Shown one piece after another: positions 37,517-50,000 of a stretch of DNA of 64,000 nucleotides; the first letter of the stretch is position 1, and each line of letters begins with the position of its first letter. Under the pieces are notes generated by a model, which was not told the origin of the DNA, searched no databases, and saw nothing but the letters and a program-made list of their open reading frames with translations. The DNA comes from Macrostomum lignano (Eukaryota), in contig NIVC01003474.1 in NCBI GenBank assembly GCA_002269645.1, positions 1 to 64,000 of the forward strand, given 5' to 3'. Both the position numbers and the translations under genes were made by a program.

Positions 37517-38559
37517 ATGAACGAAACTAACTCTAGCAATCCTCAGGAGCCCTGGTTCCACGACCCCACCTGGAACTGGTTCATCTGGAACGTCTTCGTC
37601 TGGCTCTTTCCGCTGCTCTGTCTGGTCGGAGCGGTCGCGAACGCCGTTTCCTTCTACGTGATCGTGTCCAACAGGAAGTCGTTTCCCTACGTCACCAGGC
37701 AGTACCTCACCATCATCACTGCCAGTGACTTTCTCATTCTCACGTGCAAGGTGAGCACTCACTACTTTGGCTACATGGCATTCTACGTGAAGACGAACAA
37801 GTGGACCTGGTTTACTAATCCGAGAGGCTGGGGAATCGCTTGGTGCATCGTGTACGACTTCTTTACTATGGGCTGGTGGGATCCCAATTCTTCCAACTGG
37901 GTCTCACGGTGGATCGGCTGATTGCGGTAGCGGCTCCGATGAAGGCCAAGGTGATTCTGACGCATCGGAGAAGCTGGGTAATGCTGAGCCTCATCACTGC
38001 AATGGCGCTGCTACTGCCTATCATGTTCGTCGCGAATCGGACGTGGAACGACGCCACTAACAACTGTGGATTACGAAGTGTCAACTATCTAGTGAACGTG
38101 TACCAGCCGGCCGAGTTCTACTTCGGCAGGGTGTTCCTCGTTCTGGCGCTGACGTCGGGCACGGTGGTCATCTGCGTGCTGCTGGCCTGGAACAACAGGA
38201 CCGCTCGGCGAATGCACTCCGACACGGCCGGCTCTGAGCAGCAGCAGCGGAGCAACCGAGAGCGACAGAGGTCGCTTGTTCGGATCAGCCTCATGCTGGT
38301 CTTCATCAACGTCTTCTTTCTGATCACGTCTCTGCCGTGGAGTGTAAGCGCCCTGCTAGAGCGCGAGATCATCGAGCGCATGGGAGAGAAGTTCAACTCT
38401 ATAATATTATTTCACTTCAACTCGCTGCTGTACGTGAACAATGCTCTGTCCTGGGTGACGTACTTGATGGGACGAAACTTCCGAGAGGCGTTTCGCCGAG
38501 TGTGGCTGTCCCTGTGCTGCTGCTGCTGCGCCTCCTGCCGTCGTCGAGTGTACACTTAG
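37517..38559 (+). pseudogene. GPCR copy D, chimeric (F-like 5' half, B-like 3' half), 4-nt frameshift deletion near 37866
   Basis: TTTACTATGGG versus TTTACATACTATGGG in copy F; ORFs 37517-37921 and 37840-38559 are the two halves. Confidence 0.85.
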
Positions 38560-39045
38560 GGCAGCAGCTCGACGGCCAGCACTGGGCAGAGCGTTCGTTG
38601 GAGCCCAAAACCTGACTTGGAGGCTGATACCTAACACCTATTTAGCTCGTTTGATGGACTAACTGGATCGCTTTAGAGCAGCTTGACTTGCACCGATTTT
38701 TCATCGCAATCAGTGCATGCGAACAAAAGTGGCTGCAGTCTGCGGTTGATGGCACTGGTATTGAGATAATTCAAAAGCAAACAGCAGCTAGGTGTATGCG
38801 TTGTAGTTTAATGAAAAATGATTGATTGAAGCCTCTATTTTGTCGAGTGCAAATAAGTATAGCTAAGTACAAGCTACGATAGGAATTCAAATTGCGAAGC
38901 CCAGAGACGAGAGAGAATGCTAGTACGGCATCAAAGAAAATTACGTTGAAGAAATCGAAAAACGAATTTGCTCTGCGCGCATTGCAAATAACTATTGCTG
39001 TGTGTCCATGGCAACTATTACCAAGTTCCTTTTAGTCTCTGTCTG

Positions 39046-39812
39046 CACTAGTAAATATAGCTTTTTGCAGCCCATTTGAGCCTACGCGCACTAAATTTAA
39101 TCCAAGATACGTTTGCCAATGTAATGGAGCTTTTGTCTATGGTAGCAAGGCTGCCACAGCGGCATTTGATTTGGTCCAACAAGCATCAATTTGGTCCAAA
39201 CCTCGTGAGCCATTCGGGAAATTCTTGCCTTCTCGCAACCGTCTGCAGGTTGTTCCGTACCGCTGGAATATCAGCGTCTCTACCAACAATTTTCAGTCGC
39301 TTTTTCATAGCCCTGCCAATAGTCGAAATCCGATAACCAACTGTAGCTGTTCCTTCAACTTCTGCTGCATTTTTGCTCCGTTAACAAAGGGTTCGTCTCA
39401 ACTGCATCGAGTAGCAGTTGGACCTGAGGCTCTCGCAACTTGCCTTGGCGATTTCCACCCTTTCGCAGGCGACGTCTGCCGCCAGTGGTTTCAACGCGCT
39501 GATGGATGCTGTAAACCATCTTTTCTGCAGCCTCGCAATGTTTTTTTGGTGTTCACCTCTGTCGAGTGCTTCGATCACAAGCCAATGGTTCGACAGCCTA
39601 GCACATGGTCCACAATTCTGGGGCTGATCTTGCTCCTCCGCAGCAGTTGCAAATGAAGCTATGGACCGAATTGATGCTTGTTGGATCAAATGAAATGCTG
39701 CTGTGCCAGCCTTGCTACCATAGACAAAAGCTCCGTTACATTGGCAAACCTATCTTGGATTCACTCCAATGCGCGTAAGCCCAAATGGGCTGCAAAAAGC
39801 TATTTTTGTGTG
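39046..39812. mobile_element. Duplicate of the 23957-24723 MITE (offset 15089)
   Basis: Essentially identical sequence inside the segmental duplication. Confidence 0.65.
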
Positions 39813-40789
39813 ACTCGTAAACCTAAGCTGCAGCTTTTAGAGAAAAACCAACACTAATTAGCACCTAATACACTTTTCCCTGTAAATTAATTGATGCTAT
39901 ATTCTAATGATATTCATCGACTCTATCAACTGATTTATGCAACATTTATCCAGGACTTACAGCCATTACTATACAAAAAGTCAGTATCCATGCCCTTTTG
40001 CGAGCGCGTAAAAACCCTTTAACAATGAGAGTTTTATTCAGTCCAAATGCATAAATTTTGCTCCAAGTGAGCGGGTTAAAAGAAAAAATCTGCGATTACT
40101 TTTTTGGAAAAGACTTTCAGAAACTTTTCCTGATGAAGACAAAAATCTGGTTCCGTCAGAATTGAACGGCAAACAGTCCGCTTGTCAGCATTGTCCGCCC
40201 AACTCCGGATAAACCGGTTGAATCGTTCTTAGCAAAGAGTTTTTTCTTTCCGGCTTGTATCGATTTATACGTTTGTTTTACTAGGCCATGCTTCCTGTGG
40301 AGTTCAACTTTTGAGCAACTTAAGTTTCTGTTGACGCACGATTAATTGACTCTCGCTGACGCGTCAATTAAAACTTATTTGCACCAATGAGGAAGTAATT
40401 TCTAAAGACAAATAGTAACCTTTAAAAATGACGATTTGTCGAATGCTGAGATAATTTCCGTAGCATTGTCGCAGCCTGACTTACGACTGATTCCCGTCGC
40501 CAAGCTAAACAGCTTTTTGTGTGCCGCACTGCCACCTACCTAAGCTTGTCTTCCAAGCGACCCCTATCATCTTCGTCCGTCTTGTTGATTGAAGTTCAAG
40601 ACTTGCACAGCAGCCGTGGCAACTTGTACCTACCTGTGAGATCAAGGTGGGTCGATGATTTTTGCAGCCATCTAAGGCCATGCATAGTTTGGAACGCGTT
40701 TTTGCGCGAGGCTCTGTCTGCAGTTTATTTCGTTCTTTCTGATTGTTTCTGTCTGATTTCTGTTTAGTTCCTTCGTGGCCTTTGAGCCT

Positions 40790-41160
40790 TTTTTTTTTTT
40801 TTTTTTAGAGGCAGGGGGGTTGTGTGCACCCTGGCGCACTTTAATTGCGACATAGGCACACAACCGGCGAGAGGCATTACTGCCCATTCCGCCGACTCCC
40901 CTGAGCAGGCATACAAGCGCGCGGATACGTACGCAGGCACACACTCACACAGGAGTGTACAGCGGCCCTAACTTTATATTATCGTTAGGCATGTACACTT
41001 CACTGTGCCTCGGGGGGTTGGCTCTCAAGGCCGTTAATTGCACGAGCAGAGCCAAGCCGAGATTCCAATTCAGCCCCAAATTAATGTGACTGCACTTGGA
41101 ATCGAGCCTGGGTCGCTGGCACACCAGAGCAGCTGCGCTACCGCTGGGCTACGGCCCCCC
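40790..41160 (-). mobile_element. Young tRNA-derived SINE with poly(A) tail and 14-bp TSD
   Basis: TSD TGGCCTTTGAGCCT (40776-40789, 41161-41174); poly-T on the plus strand at 40790-40806; minus-strand A box TAGCCCAGCGG and B-box-like GGCTCGATTCC; empty site at about 25687-25700. Confidence 0.93.
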
Positions 41161-41644
41161 TGGCCTTTGAGCCTGCTTTTGTTTGGTTGTGCGTTTGAAA
41201 GACTTAATGACGAGTATCCGGCCCCGCTGATCGAATTCTTGTGCTAGTTTGATGCTTTTCGTTTTCTCATTGCGAAGGAGATGCAATTGCGAATGAAGTC
41301 TCATTGCGAAGGGACTTCCACATGGACATACCAGTATCCATGTACTATAACAAACTACTATAAAATTTATCGTTACACCAGGACGTAAGTTTTCTGTTAC
41401 TTAGCACTAAATTGGAAACCTCTTAGCATTGTGGCTTCGAGAAGTGCAAAATGTGCATTTAAAATCTTACATGCTAGAGAATGAAGAGTTCCACAACTAA
41501 AAAAACAATTAAAAACCGAAATTGCTACTTTAAGTAAAATATTAAAATATCTGAGCATTATATTTTTTAGACAATAAAAGTGGAATCAGTAAAGTCTCAC
41601 CTTTTCCAACTTATTAAATGCGCTCATATTCAGCAAAGCAAGCG

Positions 41645-42519
41645 ATTCTCATTCTCACGTGCAAGGTGAGCACTCATTACTTTGGCTACATGGCATTCTA
41701 GTTAAGACGAACAAGTGGACCTGGTTCACCAATCCGAGAGGTTGGATACTCGCTTGGTGCAATGTGTACGACTTCTTTACCTACTATGCTGTCATGGGTG
41801 TTCAGTTCTTCCAACTGGGTCTCACGGTACATCGGCTGATTGCGGTAGCGGCTCCGATGAAGGCCAAGGTGATCCTGACTCACCGCAGCAGCTGTCTGAT
41901 GCTGAGCCTCATCACTGCAATGTCACTGCTACTGCCGATCATGTTCGTCGCGAATCGGACTTGGAACGACGCCAAACACTCATGCGTTCTACGCAGTAAA
42001 GACTATCTAGTGAACGTGTACCAGCCGGCCGAGTTCTACTTCGGCAGGGTGTTCGTCGTTCTGGCGCTGACGTCGGGCACGGTGGCCATCTGCGTGCTGC
42101 TGGCCTGGAACAACAGGACCGCTCGGCGAATGCACTCCGACACGACCGGCTCTGAGTAGCAGCAGCGAAGCAACCGAGAGCGACAGAGGTCGCTTGTTCG
42201 GATCAGCCTCATGCTGGTCTTCATCAACGTCTTCTTTCTGATCACGTCTTTGCCGTGGAGCATCGGCGCTCTGCTCGAAGTCCAAATTCTAAATAAGCTC
42301 GGACTGAACTTCTTCATATTGATGATGCGGCACTTCAACTCGCTGCTGTACGCGAACAACGCCCTGTCCTGGGTGACGTACTTGATGGGACGGAACTTCC
42401 GAGAGGCGTTTCGCCGAGTGTGGCTGTCCCTGTGCTGCTGCTGCTGCGCCTCCTGCCGTCGTCGACTGAATGCTTCAAGCAGCAGCTCGACGGCGAGCAC
42501 TCGACAGAGCGTACGTTAG
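41645..42519 (+). pseudogene. GPCR copy E, 5' truncated, 1-nt deletion near 41698 and nonsense TAG at 42157-42159
   Basis: Same 5' truncation point as copy C; GAG TAG CAG replaces GAG CAG CAG. Confidence 0.88.
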
Positions 42520-45500
42520 GACTCAGACCGAGCATGATTGCAGGGTCTTTGAGCTGCTTGACTCGTGAACTGACAGAATTTTTAATACGTTTTCGAGAAT
42601 CAAGGCAATCTTTATTTCTTTTTTGGCTTCAGCTTTAATGAGAAAGTTTCTGTAAATCTCTGGTTATTAGTCTTTACTGGCTACTTTCTGTCCTTTTTTC
42701 TTCTGGCTGTGCTCAGTTCGTTCGCTTTTGCCGCCCGAAATGGAAAGTTGAGCATGTTAATTAGCTGTCAGTTGCTTAGTTTGTCTGCTTTGTGAAAGCG
42801 GCTTTGAGGAGCGACAAATCAAGCTGAGATGCAATTAACCTGGCTGTTTTTTTATAGCAATTGAGGTTCAGCTGTAAGATCCGAGTTTCTTAACTCTGTG
42901 CTCAACGTCCGAATGTAAAGCATGTGACAACTGGTCACATATCGTTAGATCGCCTGGCCTAAAACTTACGTTGCACTGCTGACTTACAGTGTGCATAACA
43001 GGTTAGAAGTCAACAACTTCAAATTGATAAAATAGATTGGAGTAAATTCATGGATAAAATCGACAGAGAGAAAAGATCAACAATGGAATTATACCTATCT
43101 CTAAGACAAGTGCGTCTCTATAGAAGTTTCCCTTATCGAGTTCAGCGCCTTTTGTCGATATCGAGCAACCTTTTTGTCGAGAGTTCGCTGGAGTAACTAA
43201 AGCATTTGGCATTTGGCTTTGGTCTTTGCAGTCAGCTCTGGGCAAGAGCTCTTTCCCTGGCACTCATCAGCTATCACCAGCAAGTTATGTAGCTATCAAC
43301 TTTCATGTGAATTTATGCTAAAAATTACAGAGCCAACCTAATTAGTAAAACGTAGCCTTAGTTTATTTTCGATAATTTTTCATATGTGAATACGAAAAAA
43401 TAGGGCTATATTGTACGACTTTACATCCCCGATTATTTTTTTAGTTGTTTTTTAGTTAGTTTTTCAACCAAAAATTCTCTTATTTCCTGATCGGCCTTGC
43501 ACAATCCTTTTTTCCGAACACCGCGAGGAAGGGATTCCACTCTGCCATCGAATCGAAAGTTGGCAGCGATTCGGAATGCGGTTGTTTTTCTGATTTGCAA
43601 GATTCTTGCAGCTTCTGCGATGGATGACCATTGTTTAATCGAGTGAGGGACAGAGAACTATAAAATCTCAGTCCGATTCCCGTACTTTTCCCGTATTGAA
43701 TGTCCAAAGTTATTGTCTATGGCTAAGCCTCGCTCAGTAGACATTGCTAAACTGCTAAAGTCCATGACTAGGGTGTGATCTGAGGCCTGGCTTGAATGTC
43801 TTTGGCATCCCATCTTGATATTGTCCAAATTCCCATTTAGATCGTCAGAAGCGAGACTATGGATTGCTCATCGGAAATAATCTATGGTCAATTTGGCTTC
43901 TCGAAACTTGGAATTTACCTCCTTAGGTATCTATTGGCTGATGAAAGTTGAAAATAATCCCCCGTAGGGTTTGACTCGCTTTTGAGTCGTCAGGATGGGG
44001 AAATCCAAAGATCGGGGTGTGAGCTTGACTTTCGATTTCATAGAATATTGTTGCAGTACACAGATAAGCAGCCAAGCTGAAGTTGCTCCCTCAAGCTCAA
44101 CAACTCAGAGACATGCACGCTGATGGGATCGCTCGAGTAACATGTTTACTCGAGGTGACGTTGGCCTGCTGCACCTACATAGAATACATGTACATGTACA
44201 CGTATACTTTCAAAATCTGTGACACACATGAGGCACTAATACAACCTTGTAGGCTCGTGCATACATTTAAATCATCGCACCAAACGAACCGTGACCACAC
44301 CCATGCAGGTCCCCGAGGCACATCCTGTGACGCTGTTTTTTCGTCTCTTTTTAAGACCTTTTGTACTCGTACATGTAGCAGTGTGTGTGTGTTTTGCGGC
44401 TGCTACTTGTACGTCTCAAGTTATTAAACTAGTATAGGTTCATTTATCGCTATTCTATTCATACTACAGCTAGATTGTCTAACTACTGAAGCCAGTCATC
44501 CACAAAAAAAATGGCCGTTAAAAATAAAAAAATCGGGATTAAAATGATTTTCTGAAGCAAATGTGCTAAACAATTCAGTTTTATTACGTCTGCACATCAG
44601 GGAGTGAAAACCTGATGCCATTAATCGTGCACTGACTGCCCCCAGTTCGGCTTTGGAAACAAAGTGTCTCAAAGAAAATTTCAGTAGGAGGTCGTCGTGA
44701 TCTTCACCCCGTCATGTACCAGGAATGGCCTCACAACAGTGCGGACCAGATCATGATTCCATTGCCTTTTTATGGTATGCACGTGCATGGTTATAGGAGT
44801 CTAACCGGATGGCGCCCAGCTCTGGCCCAGCCATCAGTCTTGAAGTCCCTCTTCCATTTCAGACGCCTCTCACGATAACTTTTGGTCTGCAACGGCCTTG
44901 GCAAAGATCGTGAAATGCTGTGCGATACTGCCCCTTCGGCCCCGATCCGGCTCAAACAGGGTCTCACTGCACAGAACACAGGCAACCTCTTGCTTGATCT
45001 GACACCGAGACACTAGCTTGAAATTTTTGGAGACAACGTTGCCCACCCTGCTAGCGTCAGCGAACTTGATTGTTGGATGGTTACGACTAATATTGGCTAG
45101 AAAATGCGATCTTTTATTAATATGCTGAAAAATTATCAAAATTAGCGGAATTAGCGGATGAGCAGTACCTTCGATAGTTTGGACTTAATTTCGAGGTCTG
45201 CGTCTGCTTATAATGCGGTCCAATACAAAATTTAAAAATAGACAGCGGACAATCAGCTACAAAAGTCAGCGTTCCTCAACTTGGGGCCATGGGGCTCGGT
45301 CAATCTGAGCTTTTTTGGACAGTGCCATGGTTTTTAGCTTGCCCATTATGGCTCCTGGATGTTGTCAGAGTCGTGATTGCGATAACACTCGTAAATTCCT
45401 ATCATATTAAACTGCGCAAAAGCTTAAGTTTGAGCAAGTTTCGGAAATAAGGTGCGTGAATGTATAGAAATCAATGTATGCAATATGAACACTACATGTA

Positions 45501-47899
45501 CATGCTAATTGAGACCATGTGAAGAGATTACATGCAACTTCAAGTCTAGCATTCTTCTCACATGACTTGGCTATCGCTTGGTCATAGACCCTTAATTCCT
45601 TAATTGTACCATGACCTCTTTACCCTTTGGGCATATAATGTCGCCCATCGATTCCAAGCTCTCGTTACCACCCAAAAAAGTGACAGGAGTAAAGCAAAAA
45701 ATGGGACAAAGACATGTTTATGGCCGAAACCTCATTATCTTGCAAGTACAGCAACGCCTAGACCACGAGTGCGCGTCGCACATCTACCCACATCTCCCAA
45801 TAGTACTCGTATATTAACGCCTAACGGCGCCCTCTGATTTCCCATTTACGCCCCTAAAGCATGGGTATTACTATACTGCATTAATACCCATGCTTTACGC
45901 TCGTAAAGGCGTTAATGGAACGCCGCAGGCGGGCAGGTCAGGGCCAAGATCAGATACACGCAAGATCTGGGCCACGCATTAACCACTTAATGTGGCGATT
46001 GAAGCTAATGTGAAAAAGATTTTGCAACTTGCGACTGCTGAACTGTAGAGACTACTTTCGTCAGTAGTCTCTAAAATTCCCCTTATTACCGCAATACAAA
46101 GTGGCCCATCTAGAGAATATAAGATCCATGGGCAGGGGAACGGTAGCAAAGATTCAGAACAATCAGAGTTCACATTTAGCAAGTACACAAACGTAACTGA
46201 GAATATCACTGGGCTCATCACGTTACTTTTTGATTGTATTTTTATATAACAGAATGTTTACTCCGACGAATATTGAATGAAGTCAAGTGAAAACTAAACT
46301 CGCAATAGGCTGGATGAAACTATAAACTTCTGGCAGTGCAAAAGCAGCGCGATGTAAGAGTGAGAGCGCGATTTTAATACAGGAAATAAAACTGTCGTAT
46401 ACATTCAGAAACAATTACAATTCGTTTTCTATAAGAATGAGGGCAAAAGTCGGAAGTGAAAGGCTAACCGACCAAACAAAATTATTTACAACTGACAAAA
46501 CTTTCAAAGGTAGCCAGGGTAAATCGATCGCTCTCATTTAAACAAAAGTTAATTACAAATGGCGAAAGCTGTTTAACCGATTGCTTCAACACCACAGCAA
46601 TACGAAGAAAGCTAATTAAACAATAAATCAATGATTGAATACTTGCAGAGAAATCAGATTCAAGTAACATGTAAATCAGATTTTACATGTGCGTTCATAT
46701 TCCGAGAAGCCATAAGTCATTGCAGCACAGTTTTATCGTGCGTCTGCATCAGCTATCAAGAATTCATCTAGATCCACAACAGAACTGAAACTCGTCAAGC
46801 CAGTGGGTGCAATCACAATTCGCTATCAATAAGACTGGCAATGTGTCAGGGTTTGTAAAAGCGAACAATTTATGAAAAAGCGATACAATCCTACTAAATT
46901 AGTCACTCGACTTTGTAAGCTTTACTTAAAAGCACTTTAAAATTAAACTGCCTACAAAGAAAAGCGTATTAAGGTTGTGCTGCAGTGGAGCTGGTGATAC
47001 ACAAATACCTCTCGATCAGGACTGCAAATTGGACAGAAAGACCGACATGAACGAAGCCAGTCAGCAAACGGCCGGGGCGCAACGTGATGAAACAACCATG
47101 AGAGCCATCATGATGCACCAAAAACTGACTTTCGAAGCACTCGAGGATCTGCTAAAGGATCTGCGCTGCAATAACCAGCTATATAATGGGTTGGTATCAC
47201 CCAGCAACTCTCTAGAGACTTTAGACATGGGATCGGCAAACCTTTTTACCTGGAGGGCAAGATAGAGAATCCAAGATCATGACTGTTTGCCAGATGAGAG
47301 AGGAAAGGAGAGGGAATAGAGGAGAGAGAAAAGGAAAGATAAGATGAAATATGAGATGGTAGAGAAGATAAGAAGAGAGAAAAAGGGAAGAGACATTGGA
47401 GATTAGAAAAAAGAAAATAGAGGGAAGAGACGAGAGAGAAGTTTCGAAGGACCTAAGGAATGGAGAGAGAGGCCAGAGGCCAGAGTCCAGAGCTTGTAAC
47501 GCATGTTTAGACAGATGTTGCCTGTCATCGACATCATTCCGCGCGGCACCCCAGCCGAAGAGATCCAATGCTTGCCTCAAATTTTGCATCTGTGGCAATC
47601 AGTTAAAAAGCTGCAATTGGGAACCAGCATTAGGGCCGCAGTTTATGGGGATAAAACGGCTTATATCAATTTTGAGTCCCAAGAATGAAACAAGCATAAC
47701 TTTACATTTGAGCGAATCTCTAGGAGATGATTCTAAGCCCGATCAGACAGGAATATGTTTTAAGAATGTATGCAAAAACAGTCCCGGGATTGGAATTCAA
47801 CGGGTTCAAAATCAAGCTTGTCTATAGAAATGAATACTCTGTCTGTCTGTGTGTCTGTGTACAAAGTTGATCACTATGGACTCCCAAACCGCAAATATT

Positions 47900-49380
47900 G
47901 TAGTATAATAAAATTTTTGAATTCAGAAAATCACTGCCTAGTGCTGCCTGGAGGGCCATTAACCAGCTGACTGGCAGGAAGCCCAGGCTCAACATAATAT
48001 TCGGTGCTGATTCCACCGAGCACCGCAAGGCCCTGCTGGCCACCCACTATCGCGAGGTGCTCAATGCGCGTCTTCTGCCAATCCCAAACTTCGCTCCAGC
48101 CCAGGCAGGTGCCTTCAACACCGGCCCCTTCACTTCAGGCGAGGTTGGCCGAGCGCTGACGACCATGCGAGCTGATGCCGCTTCTGGGGTTGACACCATC
48201 CGTCCCAGGGTCCTGAAGCTGCCTGAGCTCCACTCCAAGCATCACCAGCTTGCTGAACAAGCACTGCAGCCTTGGAGGCAACGAGGCTGCCCCAGCTCCT
48301 CAGCAATGGCGCACCTCCAAGATTGTCTCCACCAGCCTCCACCAGCCTGGACAACCAGCGGGGCATCGCTCTGGAATGTACAACGCCGAAGCTGCTGACC
48401 GCAATTCTTCACATCCGCCTCCTGCCCGGCCTCAACCCGCTGCTGCTGAGCCAACAAAGCGGCTTCCGTCCAGGCAGGTCCACCACCGAGCAGGTTGCCA
48501 CCATCCGCTCTGTCATCGAGGCCTGCAAGACTTGCCAGCTTTGTCGACTTTTGCAAGGCATTTACACGATGGGTGTCCAGGCCTGCAATCGGGTGGCTTC
48601 TATCTCACTATGAAGAAAATGCTGCGCTGGTGAGCGCGGTAATGGACCTCTACCGCGACTCCAGGGCCTTTGTCGATCATTTCGAGCGATGGCATCACAG
48701 AAGAGTTCGGCACCAGCTCAGGCGTCCTTCAGGGCGACACGCTGGCTCCCCTGCTTTCCTTCGTGGCTGTGGACTACATTTACGTGCTTCGTCGGTCCCT
48801 TCGCGAGGATGACAGCTACTTGCTGGTCTCACGCCGAAGCTCCAGACGCCCTGCTGTTTTGCTTCCCGCTCTCCGTATGCTGCCCAGTGGGCTCTCACAA
48901 GGCTTTGCGGTGTGGGTGCCCGTGTTGGGCTGCTGGTGAATTCTCGCAAGACAAAGGTGCTGCACGTGGGCACGAATACAGCCCCAAATCTCACGCTGCC
49001 CAATGGAGACCGCATCTCGGTGTGCGAGGACTTTCGGTACCTCGGCGTACTGGTGATGAACCCAGTTGCAATTGTCTGACAGAAGAAACCAGGGCCTAGC
49101 GCGCTGCGCACCTCCTTAGGAACGTCTTTAATTCAGCTGCCAGAGACAACTTGAAGGTGCGCCTGTTCTGCGCAGCCGCAGAGCCGATCCTCCTGCACGG
49201 CATGGAGGCGGTGCCGCTGACCGTCACGCGAAGACGAGCCCTGGACGCGCTCTACCGATCGCTGCTGCGCTACGCGCTGGGCGTGCACCACGCGGAGCGC
49301 CTGCCGACCCGCGCTTGAGCACCACCCTGAGCGCTACCCCGAGCAACCGCCGTCAGATGCTGCTGGCCACTGCATGCCTA
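47900..49380 (+). mobile_element. Duplicate of the degenerate non-LTR RT
   Basis: Same motifs with independent indels. Confidence 0.85.
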
Positions 49381-49509
49381 CGGACCCTGGACCGCGGTGT
49401 GCAACAAACAACAGAAAACAGGAAACAGACAACAAAGGTAGCTCTTCACAGACCAGCAGATCGAGTGCAAGTGCGGCAGAAGGAGAGCAAATAGAAGCCT
49501 TCGACCACA

Positions 49510-50000
49510 GAAAAGATCATTGACATCAGCAGCCGGCGCCAACAGTTTCCCATTGAGTTCTTCCACTCCCAAGAGCAGGGTCGGCAAACTCCGGCCCCGC
49601 GGGCCACATGCGGAATGCGAAGTCTCTATCCGGCTCTTGGTTCCTTGAAACCTAACAATCCCGTCTGCTCAAGGTTGGTATTTCCTTTCAGCACTCTTTT
49701 TTCTATGCTCTCCTCTCTCCCTTTTTCTCCCCCCTCGATCCCCTCTTCTTTATCTTATCTATTTTTTCTGTCTGTCTTTTCTGCGTCTCTTCTCTTCTGT
49801 CATCTCTTATCTTCTATTCCCTATACCCTATCCACTCTCATCAGATCTGCGGCCATGAGCTGGATTCTTTATCTGGCCCATGACGTAAAAAGCTTGCCTA
49901 TCCTTGCTCCACTGGAGCTTGCGGGAACGCCATCGCCGCACAACCTCCAGTTAAAAGTGAGTGCACCAATTATACTACTTACTACGCAATGTAAATGCCA
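49510..50000 (+). mobile_element. Helitron/PIF1-helicase coding fragment split by the hAT MITE (right half also at 34600-34690)
   Basis: QQFPIEFFHSQE before the MITE and LELAGTPSPHNLQLKV(G/S)APIILL after it match the PIF1 motif YP.EFLNSL...G.PPH.L.LKVG.PI.LLRN. Confidence 0.6.
49576..49906. mobile_element. Near-complete hAT (Charlie-like) MITE; partial duplicate at about 34355-34599
   Basis: Termini CAGGGTCGGCAAACT..GGCCCCGCGGGCCAC and AAAAAGCTTGCCTATCCTTG; TC-rich core; TSD degenerate. Confidence 0.7.
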
